DNA from: Oopsacas minuta
Lineage: Eukaryota; Animalia; Porifera
Reading direction: 5' to 3'
Assembly: GCA_024704765.1 (NCBI GenBank)
Contig: JAKMXF010000102.1
Location: 1-47,379 of the forward strand
DNA: 47,379 bases
Shown: positions 37,131-47,379 of the stretch, piece by piece
Layout: each line of letters starts with the position of its first letter
How positions within the stretch are numbered: position 1 is the first letter of the stretch
Notes under the pieces: generated by a model
What the model was told of the DNA's origin: nothing
Database searches by the model: none
The model's input: only the letters and a program-made list of their open reading frames with translations
Made by a program: the position numbers and the translations under genes

Positions 37131-37765
37131 GGCACCCATGCCCCCAAATTTCATTTAACCAATTTCATTTGGGGACTATTCAATTCATGGAAATTGGTCA
37201 AATAGATGAAATTTTCAAAGAATTCATCTTTTTTCACAAATTTCTTCATATCCAAGCATTATTGTGTCGCACATTTCACACACTACTGTTTGGATATGTA
37301 GGAAATTGTGAAGCTAGGTCATGTATAATGAGTATCTACTTGTTTATATTCACTATATACGTATCTTTTTTAGCTGATTATGAAATATAGACTAATTCTT
37401 TAGCTATCAATTGTTGAAATTCATCATTCAATTACTAACAATACTTATTTTGTCAACATCTAATTGAACAGCCGGAAGCTTTCGTTTGCAATTGATTGCT
37501 GGTGAGTCAGTAACCTGCTATAGAACAATCTTCTTGCAAACAGTTCGCCTATCGTAATATCTAGGTCTATACCTTACATTGGACAATACAACCCCGACAC
37601 CCATGAATAAAGTTTTACCATTAAATATTTCTAGATCAGGATTTTAGTTAGATAGAGTAGTATTTCGTTTGCTCGTTACTTATACTCCTATCAAACGTAC
37701 AATTTCCATGTTCCTAAAGTCAGCCTATATTACAGAATTTTAATTTCCAAAATGGAAGTTATATA

Positions 37766-37932
37766 GAGTAGAACTCCGTTATTACGAACACCAACGGACG
37801 ATCAAAATTTGTTCGTCTTATCTTGTTCCGCATCAACCTGAGTATGTGAATTGAAAAACAATTGCAGGGGCACAAATTTTCTGTAAATATTGTTCGTCAT
37901 ATCCGGAAATTCGTAATAACAAGGTTCCACAG
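37766..37932. mobile_element. 167-bp Tigger/pogo-type MITE
   Basis: 23-bp TIRs gagtagaactccgttattacgaa / ttcgtaataacaaggttccacag flanked by TA. Confidence 0.75.
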
Positions 37933-39508
37933 TACACTCTAACCTCTCTTGTCCGTGCAGTGAGTACCGGAAGCTGCCCGGAAGTCAGAATTAGTCCAGA
38001 ACTTAGACATAACATCCTCTATAGGAAATACAATTGTAGTATATAGATAAATTTCGAGATGCATTTGAATTTACGAATCTAGATGTTATACAAGTTCTTA
38101 GTTACACAGGGCATGTTATATATGAAGTACAAGTGAAGATAGCTCTATTATTAGAACAGTTTACTGAAATAGTTAAATACATTTAAATCCTTTCGAATAT
38201 TGTGCTCATATGAGGTAGGCACCCATATCTCGGAGGTTTGGAGAAGAGAGGTTCGGGTGTATTAGGTTGAGGAAAATTCTCTTGTCTCATCATTTAGCGA
38301 AAATTCGATTTTATTCTACCATATAAATTTATTGTACTCGTAATTATTTGGGATCTTAGATTCATTATCTGATTAGAATAATAATTTATCCATCATATTT
38401 ACGAACCTGGTAATAGATAGTTAGAAATAATTAACGATTTTAAGAAATTTGATTTTTTTAAATAATGATTTTTAACAACCCGGCAGTATAACAGACTGAC
38501 TAGTTACCCCATTGTAGCCGTTAAGAGTAAGGCTCTACGAATATTTTTGGATTCCTCACAAATTTAGTGTATATTCGCGGAATTCTATTTCAAGTCAACC
38601 AACATTGCACCACCATCAATCAGTTTGTCTAATAGTTGCTGGAGAGCATGCAACTAACATGTCTTTACTTTTGTGAGTTTTCAGAACTATCGCTCTTGTG
38701 GTTCTGACTTTTGACGTCACCAATTTGAATATTTACTGTTGACCAATGATGTTCAAAATGCTGACTTAACTACTTCACATTAACTGGAATAATTCGAAAA
38801 ATATTTTGTAAACTGCTGTGCTTATATTTATACATACGGAGATTCAAAAACACTAGTAAACTGAGGGTCGAGTTTGAAATGTTACCGAAACCCAAGACTA
38901 AAACCAACCCTGAAGCAGAAAGTAAATCGAAACAATGACGTGGCAAATATATATATTTTGGTTTTATAAATACCTGGGGGCCTTATTAACTAAAATTCTT
39001 AAGTCAAATTCTTAGAATAATTCTAAGAATTCAAACAATTCTAAGAAAAATATTTAGTGAGGTAAAGAGGACACTTAACTTATAATTTATTCTACTTTTC
39101 TATGAAATGATAATCAATACGCATTTATTTACAAAGAAGATTGTTTATCGCTTAAGACAATATGTTTGATTATCATATCCACATGTTGTAATATCCGCAG
39201 TATAGAACTATAGTCGGACTACATACCAACTATATTTAGATACTATTTCTTGACGTCACTCTGAATTGTATCATGACATCAATAAATGTATTTTTTTAAT
39301 TAAATTATATCTCATATATTTTGAAACATAATAGTGTTGTATCTAAACTAAGGTAAATAAAGTCAATGTCATTTGAGTGACGTCCTGCAAAAATATACGC
39401 AATCTATGCAATTTTACCCATTTACGTATATTATCATCTTTAGTGATAAGTATAAATAACAATAAAATGTTAATTATTTATGATAATATCTTAACAATCG
39501 CTCGCATT

Positions 39509-40314
39509 ATGACCACTGAAAAATCTAAAACTCGTTCAAAGAATTTTACTCAGGAGGAGATAATGTCACTCGTGGATCTCATTCATGATCAAAATCGAAA
39601 TTGTTCGGCGCTCTAACATCAACTCTGACTTTCGATGATAAGAACAAAATCTGGGAAGGAAATTTCAGGGAGACAGTCTGTATTACATGGGAACGTAAGA
39701 ACAAGAGATGATGTCATGAAAAAATGGCATAATATACTAACAAACATAAGCCTCGTATTGCAGATAAGTTAGCATCAGCAAGAAAAACTGGAGGTCCTAC
39801 AGATGCTGATTTAGATGAAATAGAAGCTAAAATCAGTAGCATCAAAGGGAAGGAAGCTTTTGAAGGCATTGAATCGGGTATCGATCTCTTTCTTGAATCC
39901 AGTGTGCAAATGATGAAACTGAAAGGATGCTGATAAGCTCAGTTCCCTCTGAAGATATTGAACAAATAAAGTTTTCCAACAAGCCACAGAAAACGTCATC
40001 GTTTGGAAAATGACGAATTGGAATCGACCAAATGTGCAATTTTAGAGAAAGAAGATAAGAAATTGGAGATTTTGACTAACATTGATTCTAAGCTAGATCG
40101 GCTTGAGAGTAAATTCGATCGAGTGATCCAGATTTTGCAACATACCGCAGTGGATCAATCAAAGACACTTTCTCTTCTGATGACTCAAACTATACCTCCT
40201 CTGCCGCATTTTCAGACATTGTCCCCTTCATTTCCTACTTCTAAATTTGTCTTCATTGCCTCATTACTTTCAAAGTCAAAATTAGGATCCTTAATTAAGA
40301 TTATTATGTCATAA
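39509..40314 (+). pseudogene. Harbinger Myb/SANT-like DNA-binding protein
   Basis: MTTEKSKTRSKNFTQEE..KNKIWE..RTRDDVMKKWHN..RKTGG, with frameshifts. Confidence 0.8.
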
Positions 40315-40369
40315 GTAAATCAGAGCCTAATTCATTCATGTGCTCAGTTAATTAATTAAACTTCCTATA

Positions 40370-41411
40370 TCATGTGAGATAATTTATAATTATATTTTCT
40401 CGAACTAAAATCCCATTATCTGAATGTTCAGTGTCTTCTGTTTTGGTGTAGGGCATATCACTTTCCAAGTTTTCAATATCAATTTGGAGACCGCAATCAA
40501 CACAAAAATTATGAAGTACCATGGAGGATAAAATTAGTTTGCAAACCCTCTCTGGGCTATAGCACAAACTGCCACCAGTCTTGTCCATTGATCTCCATCT
40601 GCTCTTCCATATTCCAAAGGTACATTCAATTGTCTTTCGAGTCTTCAGGAAAGCACGATTATACCTTCTTTCGCGAGATGTACAGGAGATAGTAATGGAG
40701 TCATTAAATTTGGGTGCAACGGATAACCACTATCACCGAGAAACCGCCCATCAAGAATTGGAATTTCTTACTGGCGATCTTAAGATTGATTCCTGATTGC
40801 GTCCATATGAACGCGTCATGTGTGCTGCCTGGCCACTTCACAACTACATCAATAAACTTGAATATATCGTCACATATCGCTTGGACGTTAATTGAATGAA
40901 AACTTTTATGATTAACATAAATTGCTTCGTTGGTGCTAGGTGCACCAATTGGGATGTGTGTGTCGTCTATGCAACCTAATACTTTAGGAAACCTGAACTT
41001 TTCCATAATTCCATGCTGCATCCTCATCTGTCTAGCAGCAGTTGGAAACTGTATATAGTCTTTCTCAATTGAGCACAATGCATCTGTTACACCTCTAACA
41101 CAGTTGGACATAGAGGGCTGGGAAATTCCATGAGCTGATGCAACCTCTGTTTAGAAACTACCCGTAGCTAGAAACTGAAGAGTGACCGCTAATTGAGTTG
41201 TCACCGAAAGTGAATGAGTTCGGCTAGTAGATCGAGACATGAAAGTCTCAATTTTATCATGCAATTCTAATAACATTTGTCTTCTAATTCTATAACGAGA
41301 AATAAACTCTACATCTGTGTACGCATCAAGAGGGTTTAACCTGTTACGAAATATTCTCTGGCGTCGTAAACTGCCTATTTCCAACTCCAAAAGAACAAAA
41401 AGCGAGGCCAT
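40370..41411 (-). pseudogene. Harbinger (HARBI1-like) DDE transposase
   Basis: LQFLATGSF, LGCIDDTHIP, SINVQAICD, WPGSTHDA and GDSGYP, with a stop at 41151-41153 and frameshifts. Confidence 0.88.
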
Positions 41412-42845
41412 GAGTTTATACAATAGTACACAAATGAGAAATGCAATGAATATCCTTTTCTATTGGGTGGGGCAATTTATTTTATACTATGCGCATATCT
41501 TCTCAAAAAGCGATTGAAGTCGAATGAATTGGCATAAATATTAGTAATTAATAGCAAGAATCAATCAAGTATAATTACCCAATTCTAAGAATTATTCTTA
41601 GAATCCGTTACGCATAGCCAAGTTAAGAATTCTTAACGAAAACTAAGAATATTTCATGAACTCTTAGAATTTTAGTTAATAAGGCCCCTGTATTTAGTCA
41701 TAATTCACTTTATAGAATTTCATTTGGTTTTCATCTGTTCCCTTTTGAGATATTCACATTTTATGCTGATGTGTGGTTTGTTGAGATTCAAATTTTCTCT
41801 TCTAGTCAAGTGGCTTGGGCTAAAAATTGCTGACAAGTGGACACAAGCATGAATATTGGCACACCTGTACTTTCGAGTCTGATGAACAATATTAGGACGA
41901 GAACCACTTCCGAGGGACATATTTCGATCCCATCTAGTGATTTAAATAGGGGCTGTCAGGTGATTCGCCACTACATCCTAGAAGGGCTATCCTTTTCGAA
42001 TCTCATCGAATCAACTTTTAACCATCAGATTCGTTCCTAGCGTTCAATTTAGAGCAATTTGACGTAGCCTTTCCTCAATTTCTTTGATATTTCTTACATA
42101 ATTAACAAGAATTAAGTTATTGAATACTTTCCTGTATATGATCAAGCCCATATTTGACGTAATGACATATTGACCGTTATAGTTATGCATTAAAACTGTA
42201 TAATTCATTTATAGGAAGCCGCCTATTGTGGATCAATTAATATCAAATATATAACTCTACCACCAATATTTTGATAACTTCAAGGGAATACATGGGACCT
42301 AGACTAACTTGCTACATTCTTTAAACAAACTCAAACCCATAATTTAAAACGGTTAAATTTAGGATCCTCAATTCCCCGACTGCTATGTCATACTCCCGAT
42401 CTCACTTCCGATAGCAGTTTCAGTTACATTTTTGTAGCAGTTTATGTTTCCGAATCAATCAAATAATATTTTATTGAATTCTCACCTACTTTTTGTTTAC
42501 ATATTGAAATTTTTGTGACAATAAGATGAAATCTCACAATACTGTAAGTTTTGTGGTTAAGACGGTCTGTTTAACTAAAACACTTATAATATTATTGTCA
42601 CTATTATAACTTTGGAACCTGAGAACTTATTTAGGTAATTTTTGATATTTGTATGGAAACTTCCTTGGATCCTTTGGTGTTAATTTTAGAGCAGACGAAG
42701 GAATATTGATCATTTGACAGAGCTTAAAATTGGCATATTTTTCACAACATATTCCTGTTTTAGCCAATCAGATGACGTCATTTCTACCTAGGACTCTTCG
42801 GATGATATAGCTAGTGTTAATTATTAACTAACAATAATACATATA

Positions 42846-43153
42846 CAGGGTGGCTCCAAAGTTCTGATACAAACCATTTTGTCTATAATATTTATTCAGC
42901 ATGACCTACATTATTGATTCTCTATATATAATTAATAAATACTATTAGGAAGAGATTGCCTAGTCATTTATTCAATATAACCACCCTTTTTGGAAATGAC
43001 AGCCCTGAGTCTGTTCGGGAATTCTTCTACTGCGGCACGCAGAGTTTCTTGGGGTATCTTCTCCCATTCTCGACACAAGGAAATCTTTAGAGAGCTAACT
43101 GTGTTGTGTGACACAGAACAAGCCTTGTTTTCCAAGATAGACCATACAGAATA
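42846..43153 (-). mobile_element. 3' end of the second maT element
   Basis: TA|cagggtggctccaaag TIR. The minus strand encodes WSILENKAC...AVISKKGGYIE*. Confidence 0.85.
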
Positions 43154-43154
43154 N

Positions 43155-43202
43155 CTAAGATAATTGTATGTGATCTCTGATGAGAGATCTCCTTAAGTTG
43201 TG
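43155..43202 (-). mobile_element. 48-bp terminus of a CACAACT-type (Chapaev/CMC-like) element
   Basis: Ends ...ttaagttGTG|TAA. Its first 31 bp are the exact reverse complement of 46262-46292. Confidence 0.65.
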
Positions 43203-46058
43203 TAATAGATTGTTTTTCAAAATTTACATGGGCTTACCCACTCAGATCAAAGAATCAAAACCTATTTGTGATATACTTTGTGAACTGTTTTAAACGAATG
43301 AGTCCCGATGCTTTACAAAGTGATAACGGTGGCGAATTTGTCTCCAACACCATAAAGATTGTTATGCCTAACCTTGCTATCAAGCTCATCAATGGTACGC
43401 CATATTCACCTGCTACTCAAGGATAAGTAGGAAGATTCAATAAATCACTCAAGCACTTCCTCAAAAAAGAGATTCAAATTGAATTATCTAAAGACAACAT
43501 AGCAGGGGTAGAAAACTGGTACCATGAAATATTACCTGAGGTAATGGATGCTACATCTATAAGCAGCATAGGTCATACCAAGAACTCCATGGGAAGTATA
43601 TTATGCAAGGCCATCACCTCATCCCCTTAAATCTATCAAACAGTTTGAACCGTTTACAATGCTTGATGTAGATTCACGCTTGAATCCCAAGACTGAAAGT
43701 ATTTCATCATTAGACAAAAAATAGTTTAATGGATGACATGAGAATTCATTCGGTAAATGTCAAAGTATAATCATTCAAATTTTAACTCAGACTCGGAAAA
43801 CACAAGTTGAAAACCATCGCAAAATATCTAAACAGCTTACTTTGCATCAAAAATTTGAAATTTGAATGATTGCATACATGCGCAATCCAAACATTTCGGG
43901 AAAGCTGAGAAACGAAATCTTCATGAGCCCGTAAATGTAAAAGTCATAATTATAAAAATTAACTCAACATCCAATCAATGCTTCATTAAGTACAAGAACT
44001 TGAAAAAGGACATCAAACGCGTGTGGGTAAATAATGCTGATCTTGTCAAAATTGGCAATGAAATAACACTGGAAATTGATGACCTAATTTTTCATGCTAA
44101 AGATAGAATTTCCTCTATTTCTGAGCAATTTAACTGAATTATGTACAGTAAGTTGTTATTCGAATTCGAACAGATCAGTGCAGATAAATTGTGTAACAAA
44201 CGAAAAACGGTCCAAAACCTTAGACAAACGACTTATGAAGATGACCAAAAAGATTTATTGGCTTAGACGAGAGGAATACAACAAATCTTGAAAACGGAGA
44301 AAGTGAAATGATAATTTATCAAGAACTACATTTTGAAGTTTTTGACGGTATGTTTGTTGAGTTTTGTGCTGATTCACATAATATTGGCATATTCATAAAC
44401 TCCGAATCTACTCTACTTAAACTGAAATATCTTGCTCATCAAGGGTTCAAAGAATACCTTGGTATTTTATAACTCTGGTATCGCAACAGAATACAAGATG
44501 AATGTAGAATATATTTTAGCAAACTATTACAAACTTTGGATCCTTTAACAACTCATCGATGTGAAGAAGGCATTTTTTTCGGGCAATTATATTCATGACT
44601 GCTGTTTCCAGTTGTTGAAATTTCATTACAATCAACAAACTGAAATAAGAAAGAGTACTCCACTTATCGATGGTAATGATACTCCTTTTCAATTCAAAGC
44701 CAATAAGCGTTTTACGAAACGCAAGCACATAATTCTGATCCCTATAATGAGTTCTCCTCAGATTCAATATGTGATGATATAAATGTTGACAAATTTACTC
44801 ACTTCTCAAAATTCGAAAATTTGTTTATGTCAATTCCTTTAGAACGAAACATTACTCAAGGTCAGATAGTATGCTGAACGAATCTGACATTCCTTCCATA
44901 ACCAATACTACGGATGTAGATTTCATAATACCACAAGCCAAATGTCCAAAGAAAATTACCAAGCAAACAGGAAACTCCTATGCGACAAATCAGAAGAACA
45001 CCAAAAATATCAAAGTGTACAATATATAACCAATAGGACGAGATCTTCCTACTCCAGTAATTACTTACCAGTAGATAATGAATGGAGAACTTTGAATTGT
45101 AAGATACTCTTAGATTTTCATAACTGCCACATTTTTCTTCTGTAGGGATAATTCCTCAAAAATTCATGTTAGATGATTGCATTCCTGAAGAAAAAATATC
45201 AATAATTGCAGATGGAAACTGCCTTTTGAGGGCACTAGTTTAATGGTTATCAGCAAATGAAGATATACATGGGATAGTTCGCAAGAAATTATTATCCTTT
45301 ATGAGTACATCTGCCCTATGTGGTAAATATGTTAGATAAAACATGACCAAAAGATGAGTGAATATTTCCTAAGACGAACATGTCAGCAACAACAGTTTGG
45401 GCTAGTGACGTTGAATTATTTTCTTCTGCAATATGGTTATAAACAGATATTTTTGTGTTCAAGGATAAAGAATGGCAGAAATTTCTCACAAAGGTTTCAG
45501 TCGTCCCAAGAGAGGAAAGAACGTTTCAAGCTCTCTCAATATCTAACTCCATAATGACTGCTACCATTATGAACCAATTGTTTCAGTGACAGCTAAGCCT
45601 TTTCTTTGTTAAATGCAATTCAAACTTTTGTTGAACACATTAACAACATTTTCAATCACTACGCTATTTAGAGTTTCATAAATACACTGTATGGGTTTCT
45701 CACTATATATTTATAGAAAACATCTGGTAGTTGAAATTTTGATAACAAGAAAGTGGGTTGCACATACATAGTTCAGAGGGAAAACTCTCCATATTGAAAA
45801 GAATGGTGAAAACCACCAAACTGAACAATGAATCAGATTATTTAATTTGGGGAGGGGGCACCCCCAAATATTGAGGGTGATCCAAAATATATGATAAGTT
45901 ATAAAATTTGGGGGGAGGGCACCCCGAATCTTGAGAGGACTTAGGATTATGATCACTATGTAAAATTGGTGGGGGTCCACCTCCAAATAGAGAGGACCCC
46001 TCCAAAATTAAAGATATAAATTTCCATTTTGGGGGCGCCCTCGAAATGAACCCCTACA
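43203..46058 (+). mobile_element. Ginger2-like element, 3' part (integrase core, OTU domain, 250-bp TIR)
   Basis: IDCFSKFTWAYPLRSK, SDNGGEF, PYSPATQG and IADGNC...WASDVE...HYEPI. TIR 45809-46058 ends CTACA and resembles 34396-34655. Confidence 0.8.
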
Positions 46059-46063
46059 GTTAT

Positions 46064-46106
46064 GAAGGGGTGTTTGAACACCCAAATCCGCCTGGATACG
46101 CCACTG
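46064..46106 (+). mobile_element. other arm of the hAT-like host element
   Basis: Ends cctggatacgccactg|GAACC. Confidence 0.7.
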
Positions 46107-46244
46107 GAACCCTTTAATTTCGCTCAAAAGTGATGTAATGTCATATAAGCTAAACTTACAGTAATTTGGCCAGTTATCAATTTGTCAAGCTTTAACTTAC
46201 GATAGTTTTGTTGGAATTTCAAAGTAAATCAAGATCATAAATAA

Positions 46245-46292
46245 CACAACTCAACAAGATTTCTCATCAGAGATCACATACAATTATCTTAG
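46245..46292 (+). mobile_element. CACAACT-type element terminus cut by gap
   Basis: TAA|CACAACTCAACAAGATTTCTCATCAGAG... Confidence 0.65.
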
Positions 46293-46293
46293 N

Positions 46294-46926
46294 AGAGACC
46301 CGTGCTAATGAATTAGCATGAGGCTAAGTCCTACATGACGCTGCCACTGGTGCTCCATCCAAAGACCGAGAAGCTTTTCCATTTCTTCTAATAGTTTACC
46401 CCTCTTCTTGCTAATAATAGTAGACAGCATAGGCACTGTACTTTTCACGTGTTCCATAACACGATCTTTGCATTTGTATATCGTACTAATGGTGGAACGA
46501 TCCATATTGTAAGCGCGGGCTACATTCACCATTTTTTCACCACTATCAAGCTTTATTATTATTGCCACTTTTGTTTCCATCGAGATAGCATGACGTTTTT
46601 TAGCATTACCACTAGCATCACTCGCCTTACGCTTCTTGCTATCCATTCTGAGTAAACGATGCCTCAAATATTTGACAAAGATCAATGCCGTATATTTTCT
46701 TCAAAAATATACAATAGTTACAAAAATGCAATAGGCCTACTTCTATACAATAGTTCCTAAACCCGCAAAACGAGTTTTCATAAAAATGCATTGCCACATT
46801 GTAAGGTGAATGCCTATTGTTTAATCATAATGAAGCTGCATTTTCGTAGCTATTCTTAATTGTGTATTTTCTATGTGATACAGCCCTGTGCGGGTTTGGT
46901 AGTGACCACAAGTTTGTAGCTTACTG
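46294..46926 (-). mobile_element. Tigger/pogo transposon, 5' part (CENP-B-type HTH)
   Basis: MDSKKRKAS..KRHAISMETKVAII..MEKLLGLWMEHQ is TIGD1-like. Terminus TA|CAGTAAG on the minus strand. Confidence 0.85.
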
Positions 46927-47379
46927 TACACGGTGAGTAAATATGAAAATAACTATTTTGTTCGTATGTCGGGGAGTGTCTGTATATTGTTTGAATTTTG
47001 TACTAGAAATTAGGATATATTCAATTAAATTTGAAATTTGAAATACCGCTCCCATACTTATAATTAGAGCAGGACATCCCTGCAAGATTGCAGGCAAATT
47101 TACGTAGTCTACGTAAATTTACGAAGATTCGGCAGCACTGGGCGGACTGGCCCACCGGTCCACCGGCCAGTTTCCGAGTGGTACATACTAAAAGGATCTA
47201 ACTCACAAGATCTCATCTTGAGTCTCACGATTTCGGGTCTACCAATACTACAGAATCCCTGTTGTCTTTCAATTGAAACCAATACCAATTTGCAATCTAA
47301 ATATAGAATCGTGAGATTTTTCACGAATCTCACGAATTTAAAGTTTCCCATATTCAGAGCGCTGCATACATGCCACCAT

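Larger units (their letters stand above)
38977..41688. mobile_element. full-length PIF/Harbinger transposon
   Basis: Perfect 23-bp TIRs GGGGCCTTATTAACTAAAATTCT and two convergent genes. Confidence 0.92.
10513..46293. other. six single-n scaffold joins at 10513, 23253, 29328, 32713, 43154 and 46293
   Basis: Nearly every n falls inside repeat or transposon sequence, and five of the six have unrelated sequence on the two sides. Confidence 0.85.

Noticed and set aside
247-47351. Remaining 60-140-aa ORFs in the track
   Set aside because: They are transposon fragments, their antisense frames, or chance ORFs often starting at TTG/GTG, and none supports a host gene.

Overview
AT-rich, intron-poor animal genomic DNA dominated by decayed DNA transposons (mariner, Tc1, maT, Tigger, several hAT, Chapaev3, PIF/Harbinger, two Ginger elements, MITEs). 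The lineage cannot be determined from sequence alone; a glass-sponge-like genome is only my guess. There are two host genes: an intact intronless NEK11-like kinase (7279-9153, minus) and propionyl-CoA carboxylase alpha (PCCA). The two PCCA exons lie on the same strand in reversed order: exon 2 at 25351-26829 and exon 1 at 35736-36386, with clean matching phase-0 GT/AG sites. That pattern would imply trans-splicing, but the window is seven pieces joined by single n characters (A 1-10512, B 10514-23252, C 23254-29327, D 29329-32712, E 32714-43153, F 43155-46292, G 46294-47379). Three nested target-site duplications plus a split integrase reading frame show that the left end of E belongs next to the left end of F. 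A split maT element suggests that the right end of E joins the left end of D. Reverse-complementing C, D and E in place restores a normal two-exon PCCA with an intron of at least 12 kb, so a scaffold orientation error is the most parsimonious explanation. Real inversions or trans-splicing remain testable alternatives. No RNA genes or CRISPR arrays are supported.
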